A stretch of 58,137 nt of DNA, counting the filler, from Sphacelaria rigidula (lineage: Eukaryota), in NCBI GenBank assembly GCA_964200075.2. It is 5 parts of 5 records of this genome, joined end to end, with 100 filler letters (N's around TTAATTAATTAA, not from the genome) between each part and the next. Parts side by side here need not be neighbours in the genome. Positions count along the whole stretch, not along the records: positions 34,946 to 46,491 come from CAXNAA020004803.1; positions 46,592 to 58,137 come from CAXNAA020004804.1; 3 more parts are not named here. One strand, written 5' to 3'. Numbering within the stretch: the stretch's first letter is position 1; the number at the start of each line of letters is the position of its first letter. The position numbers and the translations under genes are program-made. The notes below the pieces were generated by a model. That model searched no databases and had not been told where the DNA came from. It was given only the letters and a program-made list of their open reading frames with translations. Shown one piece after another: positions 40,141 through 51,485 of the stretch.

Positions 40141-40887
40141 GTGGCCGCCACGGCCATCACACACTCCTCCCACCCGGAGACCCGTCAAGGATCGCTGCTC
40201 CGTGACGCTGCAGCTGCCGGCCCTTCTCCCGTGCCTCATACCCCGGCGCTCGCCTCATGCAGAAACCACGACATGGTCAACTCGACCTTGATGGCGAGGA
40301 CTGCGACTATCGCTGGTGCCGCCGCCCAAAACCACGACATGGTCAACTCGACCTTGATGGCGAGGACTGCGACTATCGCTGGTGCCGCCGCCCAGGCGCC
40401 CCTGTGGGAACTGCGCCACCAACATTTGCCACCACACCATGCTGAAACGATCGTCTCCATCGTAACCGTCGGCACCGCTGCTATCGTCTCGGTTGCTGCG
40501 GCGCTGTCACCTCAACGGAGTGTTACGGGCGGACAGTTGCCGGGGGAGGGGTGCACCGACTACTGCAATGGCCACGGGCTTCCTCCCACTCGGTCGTGCG
40601 CCGCCTCCCGATCACTCGCGCAGCGCATCGTGCCGCCCTCACAGGACTTCCTCCTTGTCGTGCTCGAAGCGTGGAGACAGGAAGCAAAGAAGACAGAGGC
40701 GGCAGCGGTGCCGGTGGAGGGAGACAGCGACATTCACACAAGCAGCCACAGCATCGGCCACAGAGACAGCGGCGGCAGCGACACGGCGGATGATTCCACA
40801 GATGACGGTATGGGAAGGTCCCGAGCATACCCGATGGAGGAGAGCGAGCAAGATGACGAAATTACAACCGAGAGGGAGATCGCTGAG
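40141..40887 (+). CDS. Low-complexity/acidic ORF, possibly an upstream exon of the kinase-fold gene
   Basis: GC-rich 269-codon frame with a GAG|GTGAGA donor near 40888. It is on the same strand as, and directly upstream of, the kinase exons. No recognisable domain. Confidence 0.4.
40263..40394. repeat. Exact 66-bp tandem duplication (in frame, 22 aa)
   Basis: AAACCACGACATGG...GCCGCCGCCCA occurs twice, encoding NHDMVNSTLMARTATIAGAAAQ twice. Confidence 0.95.
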
Positions 40888-41129
40888 GTGAGATTATTTG
40901 TCTCGGAGGCCTTCCTTGCCGTTCACGATGATGAAAAGAAAGGAGGATAACATTTGCGACCAAACGTTCCACGGCACAGGGTTACGTCGGTCCCAGAACG
41001 GTAGTGGTTTCGTCGGTGCTCTGCCCTCCCCGTGTCAGGATCCGTAGCCAAAACATCGAACGCATACGGAAACGGAAACATACAGGCCGCTGTGCCGCTT
41101 GCTGTTCCAAATAATGACCGCCCGCATCC

Positions 41130-41801
41130 ATGTCAGTCGGCGCGACTCCCATCTGCTGTCAGTTTCCACGTACAATCACACCGAAGTGCTGCATGTGCCG
41201 ACTCTTCTGTCAGGACACCAAGAATGCGTATGGCGCTGCCCCAGCGTTGCAACACGCCTCCTCCGATCGCGGGACAGTCGGCGGCGTGAAGCCCAGATCC
41301 GAGGCGACCGATGACTTTGTGTTGGAGGGAGGAAGCAGGGTTGCGGCCGCCGTACCATCACACACCGCTGCAGCTACCGCCTCCGCAGCTAACACCACCG
41401 TAGCTAACGCCACCGCAGCTACGGCCGACGCAGCTACCGCCCACGACCGTCTCCCCGCCACTAGCTCAGCAACCAGCCCCGTCGTCGAGGCACCCGCCGT
41501 GGCTACAGCGGCTACGGATGCGGTTCCACCTTCGCTTCCGTCGCCGTTAATCCTATACGGTGAACGAAGAGCGATCGCGATTCCGTTTCAGGATAAGATG
41601 AAGGAAGTAGGTGCCGAATTCATGCTAACGCTGTGCAGTGCGATGCTCGGCAAAAGCCCCACTGCTCACGTGAGAGACGACAACACCATGGACGACAGGG
41701 AGTGCGGCAGGGTGCATGAGTTGATCACACAGCCGATGTTGACGCCCGCAATCTCTGCCATGACGGATGGCTGCGGATGCGCCGTCAAGGTGACGAAGAA
41801 G
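41130..41801 (+). CDS. Kinase-fold gene exon (Ala-rich region plus subdomains I-II); 5' boundary uncertain
   Basis: Ends ...TMDDRECGRVHE...GCAVKVTKK then GTGCGT donor in phase 0. AVK is the subdomain II lysine motif. Confidence 0.65.
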
Positions 41802-42329
41802 GTGCGTAGATAGCGGATGCAATGAACGGGAGACGTCGAAGAAAGACACAAAACGATATTGCTGTGTGGAGTGCCGTTGGCCGGAGGAAACGACGACCAA
41901 CCGGTATCCCTCGCTGTTCGGGGGTAAATGGGTTAGTAGCCGTGTTTTATTACTTTGCTGCTTGTACTATTGCGTGCGGACGACAACTGCGGGCGTATGG
42001 TATGGGGAACACGATCTCCTTCACGCAGAGATTTTCCTGTTATAATCAGACGATACTATGATGGTGTACTACCGGACATGGTAGTTGAACCATCATGTTC
42101 ATTTCCCAAGACGATTTTCATTACCCATATTGTTATTCTGTTCGAAGACGCATGCTGCGGTCCTATCTTAGACCGATACTGTGCGTATGTGCTACGAGAT
42201 ATTCTGCGCCAACAATGGAGTTCATTCCATCGCATTTTGTGCAACGGTGATTTTTTTTTTCCCATCGATCGGATGTCCAGATTATTGCATCACCAGGAAT
42301 GTTACAGCTAAATGCCGTCGGTATTTTGA

Positions 42330-42690
42330 CCGGCCGCCCCGGTGGCTCAGTAGTAACCTCGAAACCTTCTGGCGGTTGGGTCGTAGGGTAGAATCTCGGT
42401 GCAGTCACGCGATCTGGGATTTTTTCTCACACAAAGCCCGACAGTGGAGACGGCGACGATGTTGTAGGTAAACAAAAACCGACTTCACGGTCGACGAGGG
42501 AAATGAACTGCTGAACCCCTCTCGCGATAAACAATAAGGCCAGCACCGCAGAAGGAAAGTGCGGTACTCAAACAAACAAACAAAACAAACTCCGGTGTTG
42601 GCCTTCCTCCTGTGTGATCTCAGCTGACGCGCCCACATAATATCGAAAGGTGTACACTGGCGTTCAGAATAGATGGGATGACAATACACA
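42330..42690 (+). mobile_element. tRNA-derived SINE inside a kinase intron
   Basis: Head CCGGCCGCCCCGGTGGCTCAGTAG (A box) ... GGTAGAATCTC (degenerate B box). The body matches the 47431 copy in reverse orientation. Confidence 0.85.
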
Positions 42691-42879
42691 CGCACACACA
42701 CTCTACAGAAGTCCTGGTATTCTCTCTTGTTTTTGTTTGTCAGAGGCGTTTTCTTTCCAAAATGCACTCCTCTCCCTCGTTTAGGGTTTAGTTCTCCTGT
42801 GGTTCTCAACTATATCGACACATATACACACATGCAAACACCGCTTACTCTTTGTTTGGACTTTCTGCCTTGGGAACAG

Positions 42880-42947
42880 GGCGGAGACCGGGCAACCTCC
42901 AAGGCGATAAAGGCTGAGTTTTTGCGGGAGGCGAAGGCCCTAAAAAG
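42880..42947 (+). CDS. Kinase-fold gene exon (alpha-C helix)
   Basis: CAG|GGDRATSKAIKAEFLREAKALK|GTGAGG, containing the F-x-x-E motif. Phases 0 and 2 fit the neighbouring exons. Confidence 0.8.
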
Positions 42948-43989
42948 GTGAGGCGAGCTCTTCCAGAGGTCCGGATAGAACGCGGCTTGCGAAGTGACCA
43001 CAACCCCACTGATGGCTACAACCGGCACTTTCAGCTGCAGAACTCGTTCTCGTTTTATCGCGTAACGTTCCTAAGGATGCGTCTGCTGTATTCTGTCCGA
43101 CCAGAGTGGAGATGTTGTTCTCTTTGCACAAAGCCTGAGAGACTAAGCACGCTTAGAAAGCAAACGCCGTTTCTGGAGCGGTCCGGTTGATGACATATAA
43201 CGATAATACCCTACACGCTGCGGAGATGAAGAGACACCATTCCGAACCTCTTGTGTGTCCTATACGACGGCAATAACACGATAGTGCTTCGCAGTATATC
43301 ATCGATATGTCAATTTCAACCGTTGGTACACGAGGTTGAGTGTGCGTGCCACGTACAGTACAACGTGTGCATTATCAAGCGTGTTTGTATGTTGTGATGT
43401 GCCCTGTGTCAACGCACACTTTGATATCGGGCAAAGTGTGTGCTCTGTAGCGTGCTCGTGTCACCACATTGCCTTGTTTTTATGAATACCTATGGTGTGA
43501 AGATGACTCTTGAGCGGCGGGAACAGATGAAGCCGTCGACAATGCTTTGCTCGCATATTATGGCTACCACAGATACTGAAATCCTGTGCTCACTACAGCA
43601 CATCTTCCGTGATTGTAGAGAAGACGACAGGCCTTATTATCGCTTCGTTCTCCATCATCCACCGCCACTGCCGCCATCCATAGCCAAGCGTCGTCATTCT
43701 CATGATATCGTGTCTCAATCTAGGAACAAACGTACACACCGCCCTTCATTGAAGGTATCATGGAACACACGCATCGTCTCTCCGAGTGCAGTGTACACGG
43801 TGTAGTACTGCAGTGGGGTCCACAAGGTATGGTGATTGATGTTTCGGCGCTACATCCAAGCATTGTTTGTCCTTTCGAAAAATACTCATGTGATTGCAAC
43901 GCATCACCGGACCGTCTTGTGAGCGGGAAGCTACGAAAACACTTATTTTCTATCCGATGTGGGTTCACGTGTTTCAATGTTTTATGTAG

Positions 43990-44136
43990 GATTCCGCTGG
44001 GAGGCCACGAGAACATCCTACCAGCGTTCGACATCTGCATGAGCCAGCAGTCCATCATCGTGCTGCGTGGTGGCGTCAACCTGTGCAGCCTCGTCAAGAA
44101 CAGCCCGGAACCACTTCCAAGGGCGGACAGCTTGAG
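43990..44136 (+). CDS. Kinase-fold gene exon (subdomains IV-V)
   Basis: TAG|(R)IPLGGHENILPAFDIC...NLCSLVK...ADSL(R), containing the H-x-N-I motif. It ends at a GCAAG donor in phase 2. Confidence 0.8.
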
Positions 44137-44698
44137 GCAAGACCCTGGGTAGAAAGTAGCGCAGCGGACAGCGCGTCTGGACTAGACTTGAAAGACCACT
44201 GCTCTACGCCGGATCGTCAAGTGTCACATGGGTCTAAGTAGGTGTTGTTGGGGCGTCGCGTTTCATTGACTCTAAAACTTATCAACACTGAACGCTGAAA
44301 TCCAACATTGACCGAACCGCAGTTCTTCAAACGGCGAATATCCAACGTTTCATGACGCCCCGGAACGCTGGCCGTTTACCTCGTCGCCTGTGTGTGGGCG
44401 GCTAGCATTTGGACCAAAAGTCGCGGTGAATGGCATGTCTACTGAAATTCAAACAAATACATTTATATTGGCTGACCGAAGTCCAACAGCGAAATTGTTG
44501 GATGGATTGCCTATTGAACTCTAATACTGCAAAGTGGTATTCGTTCCCACTGAACTCCAAGCTTTTCATCCAGTTTTCTCTCTCAAAATATCTTTTTCTC
44601 ACCAAAAAACGCTGTTTTGCTCAAGTCCCACTTTATCCCGTTGTCATTGAGCTCCACGTATATTTGCTGACAAGGCGATGTTATCAAACCCATAGCAG

Positions 44699-44835
44699 AT
44701 ACATGCAGCAGATCACGAGTGGAGTCAGGTACATCCACGCCAACGGGATCATCCACGGCGCTCTGAAGCTGGAAAACGTCCTGATCCATCGTCTGCACGA
44801 GAGAGCAATGATATCTGACTTCGGCATGAGTGGGG
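44699..44835 (+). CDS. Kinase-fold gene exon (subdomains VI-VII)
   Basis: CAG|YMQQITSGVRYIHANGIIHGALKLENVLIH...AMISDFGMSG|GTGAGT. Confidence 0.9.
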
Positions 44836-46000
44836 GTGAGTTTGTTATTGATTGATTGATCGATCGATTGATTCATGTATTGACCGGTTGACTTGCGTTT
44901 TTTTCAATGCATTCGGTGTTTCAATCGATCACGTGGATAACAACACGAACACCGTTATGATTCGGGACGTTGGGATCGAGGGGCATCCGGTCGTCTTTTA
45001 CAATAGCATTCCGGGATTCTCGCTCAGTATTGACGATGTTGCTGTTGTTGTTGTAAATGCTGCCTTGAAATGGAGCGCGATGGGATATCTCTCACAGAGG
45101 AAGTTGTAAGGTCTTGGAGCACGTTCTACAGTTGGCGCAATTATATAGCCAATCGCCAACTATACCGTCAATAGTTGTTGCAGAAGTGTGGTCCAACACT
45201 TTTTTCATTCAATCTTTGAACTGCAGAGTTGCTCATTTTAATAAAGCCCATGTATGTCACCAGGAGGCTGCTCTTCACGTGATTTCGCCTACCATAGGAT
45301 GCCTCGTTATCGAAGCGTTGACTGCGTACATGAATCCATGCCAATGACTATGATGCCGCTCAGTCCATGTGCTCAGCATGCCTGGCCGTCATGAATACGA
45401 AGCGGGGCTAGAGAGCAGACTCGACTGATGGCGGAGTATTTAGAATCGCTATCCTCAGTACCCACACCGGTAGCTGCTGTGGGGATGTGCTCTCGATCGT
45501 TCTCCTCTGGACAATGTGAAACCGTTCACATTGTCCGGCGCCCACGCCAGTAACGATCATTTCGACCCTTGCTCTTCTAAGTAAATCCTTGCATTCCTTA
45601 CTCGCGTGTATGTCTCTCTGCTGCGCTTCCTCTCTCACGGCTTCCGTCCACCTACGCCGGCCTATACTGTTCCACGCTGTCATCGCGCGCGGGCGGGCGG
45701 TCAACGACGAAACGGTGTTCAATGCTGGTGGGATTCGTGCTAACTCGCGTGTGTTTTCCGGATCCGTTTCGGTCGTTGTCGCAACGGTGATTGTTTTCTT
45801 GACTTTGGCGTGTGTGGCCGTGTCTTCCTCTGTTTTTGCTTCGAAACCGCCGTGTGGTCGATTCTGTGGTGCTGCTGTTTTGCGTTCTGCACTCATTTTT
45901 GGCCCTGATTTTTTTTTTTTGCCGTTGGGCATTGGGCTGGATCGTCGTGTGTGTATCGTGCATACTGTTCATCTCCTTTTTGACAAAATTCAAAACCCGA

Positions 46001-46014
46001 CGACAACAACAACA

Positions 46015-46045
<31 letters not shown>

Positions 46046-46057
46046 CCACTGCTACTA
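46001..46057. repeat. (ACA)n/(ACT)n microsatellite just upstream of a splice acceptor
   Basis: Directly visible trinucleotide run. Confidence 0.9.
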
Positions 46058-46072
46058 TAATACATGAAACAG

Positions 46073-46242
46073 ACGTCGGGTCAGACTTGTCTGGCGGATC
46101 ACTGCCGTACTTCTCCGCGGAAACCCTCGCCCTCGTAGACTCGCGCCGGGCCCGGCTGAGCATCGCAGGAGACGTGTTCGCCGTTGGTGTAATGTTCCAG
46201 CAGCTGCTCAGTGGTTCACCGGAGCCCGTGACTCTACCTACG
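46073..46242 (+). CDS. Kinase-fold gene exon (subdomains VIII-IX); the remainder is probably lost at the contig end
   Basis: CAG|(D)VGSDLSGGSLPYFSAETL...AGDVFAVGVMFQQLLSG...|GT. Phase 1 matches the previous exon. Confidence 0.85.
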
Positions 46243-46491
46243 GTTAATAAATGTCGACGTCAGTCGTACTCGACAGCGTGTATTCGTTTTCCTTTTTGTG
46301 CTATAGTATTTTTAATGAGGGAAGGAGGGGAGGGGGAGGGGAATATTGCACTTTTGAAGGTCTTGATTGGGTATTCGATACCACTGCAGAGACGGGGAAA
46401 GTGCGCAACCTTTGGAAGCCTTCACGTGAAAGTCGAAGTATACTCAGGGATCTGAACAGCTTCCGAAGTTCCCGAATTCAACGGTCATCAT

Positions 46492-46591
46492 NNNNNNNNN
46501 NNNNNNNNNNNNNNNNNNNNNNNNNNNNNNNNNNNTTAATTAATTAANNNNNNNNNNNNNNNNNNNNNNNNNNNNNNNNNNNNNNNNNNNN
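46492..46591. other. Artificial 100-bp contig spacer
   Basis: N run / TTAATTAATTAA / N run. Confidence 0.98.
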
Positions 46592-47089
46592 TTTATTTTT
46601 TTGCCCATTGACCACCCCTCCCTTTCGGGACGGGCGAGGGGTGGGGGGGGGGGGGGTACATAGGATCTTGGAGGGTTTTTTGTCGGGCACTCCGGTGTCA
46701 CCCAAGACTTTTAGCTCCTCAATGTGAGGGGTCATATTTTCTACAATTTCCAATTTTCCACATTTTTGAAGGAAAAACAAGTACGTCGATTAACTGGAAA
46801 ACAATCGATGTACTGGCCGCTGGCGCGGCCAGTTTAAACTTAGCTGGCCAGAGCAGCCAGTTCACAGCCCTAAAAAATAACGGATTTATTATATTAATTT
46901 TCATTATTATTATATTTATTTTATTTGTCGCACTTTGAACCCTTCCTCTTCCTCGGGATGAATCCGTCGTCTCAAGGGATCAACCCATCTTTCCCCCGGT
47001 ACAGGTGGCAAGAACAAATATAGAAGAAAAAAAAATCCGGAGAATTTCGGCGATCCGATCGGACCTTCCTAAGTCCCCAAAATTGTTTC

Positions 47090-47265
47090 TTCATCTAGAA
47101 CCCCAACATTTCGGTTACCGAAATTTTAATTTGTCGGGCGTGCAGCAGTTATCAATAGCTACCAGTAGGTGAAAGAGCTGATCCATTTCGAAGATTTGGT
47201 GTGGATTCGAAGGTTTTAATCCTCCGGGTTCTCATCCTCAATGAAAAGCTTCATCCTCAATTTCG
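47090..47265. mobile_element. Partial (right-half) copy of the long-TIR MITE family at 26715/31238
   Basis: Shares TCAATAGCTACCAG, TTCGAAGATTTGGTGTGGAT and CTCCGGGTT blocks with those copies. Confidence 0.75.
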
Positions 47266-47430
47266 ATGAACAGCTGTTTGCTCCTGTTACTGCTGCTGCT
47301 GCTGTTGTTGTTGTTCTCTTGGCATTAAGAATCGTCCCCATTTCTGCGCCGTAACTTCTAACCTCCGTACTGGGGATCTGATGCGGACGCCTTCCGTGGT
47401 CACAGGCTACCTACCCAAAATGAGCAAAGT

Positions 47431-47701
47431 GCGTTTTGCCATCCCATCTATTCTGGGCACCAGTAAACGCCTTTCGGTATATGTGGGCGCACCAGCCGGG
47501 GTCAAACAGGAGGAAGGCCAACACAGGAGTTTTCTCTTTTTCATCTTGTTTCATACTCCTTCCTTCTGCGGTGCTCACGTTATTTTTATCGCGAGAGGGG
47601 TTCAGCGGTCCCTGTCCCTCGTCGACCGAGAAGTAAAATTTTGTCTACCCACGACATGGTCGCTCTCCACTGTTGGGCATTACTACTACTATTACTACTA
47701 C

Positions 47702-47767
<66 letters not shown>

Positions 47768-47954
47768 CATATTCGTCACATTAGCTCTATCTCTCGAACC
47801 CGTGGTCACAGAGTGCAAGGGGCATACCACCCATACGCATAACCAAAATAGTGTGATGAAAAACGACAGACCGTGTGACTTCACCGAGATCCGAACTCAC
47901 GACCCAACCGTCAGAAGGTTTCGAGGTTCCCAACTGAGCCACCGGGGCGACCGG
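47431..47954 (-). mobile_element. tRNA-derived SINE interrupted by a microsatellite
   Basis: Minus-strand head CCGGTCGCCCCGGTGGCTCAGTTGG (A box) ... GAGTTCGGATCTC (B box). The body is shared with two other copies in the window. Confidence 0.88.
47679..47770. repeat. (ACT)n/(ATT)n microsatellite
   Basis: About 90-bp trinucleotide run. It produces the poly-Tyr and poly-Ile ORFs in the track. Confidence 0.97.
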
Positions 47955-48679
47955 TGTACAGCACAAAAAAGACCCCAGGGTAACGTGCTGGGTCGTGTCC
48001 CGCAAGACTGCGCAGAAACCGGTGGTATGCGCAGTACAAAATTTGCCCCTGCACCCCGGTGGTGTAACGGTTAGCAACGGTTAGGGTGGAGTGCAACGCG
48101 GGTTTGGTTCCCGCCGGATGCGGTTATTTTTATTTTCTCGAGGATCTGATTTCCGTCGCTGAAAGTGTGAGGACGCGAGTGTAATAGCGGGAAGAAAAAA
48201 AAAAGTGACTGCGTTTGTTTGAAGAGATTCCACGCGGTGCAGGAGTGCTGATAGTCATGATCCAATGCGCGAGACCAAAATGCGAGGCGCGTACCGGGGG
48301 AGAGAGGGGTTGATCTCTTGAGACCATGGCATGGATTCGTCCCGCGAGAGAGGAGGGGTTAAACGAGGTGTTGAAAAAAAGTATATAATCAAATATTATG
48401 AGGCAATGCTGCATGCTGTTTTTTTTCAATATTATGAATGTAGGATTCGGCAACATGCCCGACGGTCTTGTTCGTACCGTACTCTGCATACCACCGTTTT
48501 CTTGAGCCATACGTTTGTACGTATGCACCCTATATTTGACGCGATTCATTCACGATCGCCGAACCTTCGATCCCGCTACAGGCTGCTTCATCCTCATCAC
48601 GCCAAGCGTATTCATGCACAAAACCTCACCCTGGTATTTGCATTTCTACTCTGAAAGTAAGACGTTGGACAGATCAGCT

Positions 48680-49830
48680 CCCTAGTGAACTATGAGAGTT
48701 ACTTGAGCTACCAACCCGTAGCTCATCAGCTCATATGCGCCCTGGGTGAGCTATGGGAGCTGTATGAGCTACGCACGTTTGCGATAGGTAAGCTACCAAC
48801 CCGTAGCTCATCAGCTTAGATTCGTCCTGGGTGAGCTATGAGAACTGCATGAGCTGCGAATGTTTGCCCCCGGTGAACTATAAGAGATGCATGAGCTACA
48901 CATGTTTGCCCTGGGTGAGCTATGAGAGCTACGGGAGCTACGCATGATTGCGCTGGTTGAGCTATGAGAGCTACGGGAGCTACGCATGATTGCACTGGTT
49001 GAGCTAAAGAGCTACGGGAGCTACGCCGATCTTGGAGTTGTTTCGGTTCCGAAGCTCATGCACGTTGATATTATACGTACGTGACAACGCTTAGATGTGC
49101 ACACACCTGTTCCGTTTCGTGTAGCGATGGATTCGCTTTTTGTGAACATAAACAATCAACATGGCTGCATCGGAAGTCATCCGCATCATAGCCACCACAT
49201 ACAAACACAACCACACACACACAAAATTCGCCTTGCATGGCGACCGCGGGGGGCAGCAGCTCTAGCCGCGCTTCAGTCGGAAATGATGCCATGCATTTGG
49301 ATCCTTCGCAACAGGCGATCGATGTGGAAGACGGGATTGCACTTACTCACATAAGCACATGTTTGCCTCGGGCGAGATATCGAGCGTAGCTCATCCGCAT
49401 ATGTCTTCTCTGGGTAAGCTGTAAGAAGTCCGTGAGTTACACATGTTTTTCCGGAGTGAGCTAAAAGAGCTAGGTGAGCCACGCATGTTTGCTCTGAGTG
49501 AGCAATGGGATCTGTATGAGCTACGCACGTTTGCGATAGGTGAGTTACCAACCCGTAGCTCATCAACACAGATTCGCCCTGGGTGAGCTATGAGAGCTAC
49601 ATGAGCTACGCATGTTTGCTCTGTGTGAGCTACAACCCGTAGCTCATCAGCTCATATTTGCCCTCGGTGAACTATGAGAGCTACATCAGCTAGGCATGTT
49701 TGTCCTGGGTGAGCTACCAACTCGTAGCTCATCAGCGCACGTTTACCTTGTGTTGAGCTATCAAACGTAGCTCACAAGTACATGTTTGACTACAAGTGAG
49801 CTACCGCCCGCAGATGAGCTAGCTCATGAG
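48680..49830. repeat. AGCT-rich minisatellite (unit about 42 bp) interrupted by about 320 bp of unrelated DNA
   Basis: GAGCTATGAGAGCTAC...GAGCTACGCATG.TTG units alternate with GAGCTACCAACCCGTAGCTCATCAGCT-type units at 48680-49030 and 49350-49830. Confidence 0.9.
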
Positions 49831-50292
49831 CTGTCCTACGTGTGGAAAGTTTGCACACATGTACCTCAGGCAATTATGAAACTGTCTGTGGATGGGGCTT
49901 TCGAATTTTTCATTTATTTTCCCGGGTATAGCGGGGTTCAGTTTTTCGGGCGGGGGCGGGGGCGGGGGGGGGGGGGGTTTTGGATACTGCACCCTCTTCT
50001 GGGACCTCCGATAACCGGCGAAATAGAGTAAAAATATTGAAGGCCTGTCCACAGGAAGTTTCGTTGTGACCCATCGTACACGTGTGAAAACCTTCAGTCT
50101 TGACTTCAAAACACAACTTGAGATTCAGCAGATGAGTGTGCTGGAGTGTACCGTGCTCGGTACAACCCCCCTAACTAGTTGATTTTAGTACCAAAACGTC
50201 TTTTTCAGGCTATGTTTGACAGTGAAAATGATCCCCTTCGGAGGCGACCTAAAGTTTCGGCCGTATATCTATGATTGATTTTTTGGAACAAA

Positions 50293-50317
50293 CTAACCCT
50301 AACCCTAACCCTAACCC
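50293..50317. repeat. Short interstitial telomere-like (CCCTAA)n tract
   Basis: CTAACCCTAACCCTAACCCTAACCC. A degenerate reverse-strand tract lies at about 28705-28745. Confidence 0.8.
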
Positions 50318-51485
50318 CGACCCAAAGGCGTACGAGACTCTCGGGGCGCGTAGGTTCCCCTAGGCAAAGTGTGCGTTGGCAGACCCCAAACCGACGCCGC
50401 AGGCACCGATTCCGACAAAAACACGTTCTGGACGGGCTGGGTCCACTGCTCATCTGTCCCAAACCATATTTTTTCTCAGAAATTTCTGGAGTCTAAAATC
50501 AAGAAGTCATGTTGTCAACCATACACATACCTGTACGACCGAAGCTCTACGTCTACTATCCCTTGGGTCAATTTACTTATCTTCATAATGAAATTTCGTA
50601 CAAAGGTTACTTGGACTACCCCGGGATGAGTGTACATATATATATATATATATATATATGCTCTGAGGTATTATATATTGGCTTCCGGGGGTCCTGACGT
50701 GGAGATCCCCGGAATCCGGTACCGAGCGGGAAAAACTTCATGATAATTTTCAACACTAGATTTTTTCTAAGGGTGTGCTAGGCAGCGTATTTCCCACGTT
50801 TGAGCATCTTGAAAAGTTTGACTCCATGCACCCAACAGTTGGGAAGTTATTTCGAGACCGTGTTCAAGACTTCCCAGATATTGAGTAGAGTAATCCGATC
50901 GTACTTAATTTCACCCAAAAGGTGGGTAGTGTCTGGAGATCGGACCATCGCAACAAAAAATTCGGGAGAGTAAATTCCTGGGTGTTCACCCTACCCAACA
51001 TACCCTTGCATTTTTCCATTTGGAACACCAGTACCAACCGAACTTGCAAGTTTGAGGGCGATCGGAGCTTTTTTTACGACAGGTATAGAGGAATCGTCAG
51101 GAGGGCTACTGGGTCTTCGGTGCATATCATCAGCGGAAATCCGACGATGCCAAAAACCGACATCACGAAATACCAACGTTTGGGGTATAAATCGATCCCA
51201 TCGGAACCATGTTTGAATACGTTTCTCGGTTAAATTCGCGAGTTGATGGCGGTTACCATGACTTGAACCGTCTAGAGATTGGATAGGAATTGGGCTGGCA
51301 ATCCTTCTTCTAGATTTCAGAACAGATTGAAGGATGCTGATTGGTCGAGGTACCTTTTCGCTTTTAGTGTCAGGATTGTGGTCTTGAACAAAACACCTGC
51401 CATGTCATTCGCTCCAGTTGTCCATGGCGGTCAGTATAATACCATGTATGCGACCATTAGGCAGGTATTGCAGAAGGTATTTGCT

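Noticed and set aside
47860..47954. tRNA gene
   Set aside because: It has A/B boxes but no convincing cloverleaf, and it is fused to a repeated body, so it is a SINE head. The same applies at 42330.
47381..48074. Poly-Tyr and poly-Ile ORFs
   Set aside because: They are translations of a microsatellite inside a SINE.
48680..49830. CRISPR-like array
   Set aside because: Units are degenerate tandem repeats without unique spacers, there are no cas genes, and the context is eukaryotic.
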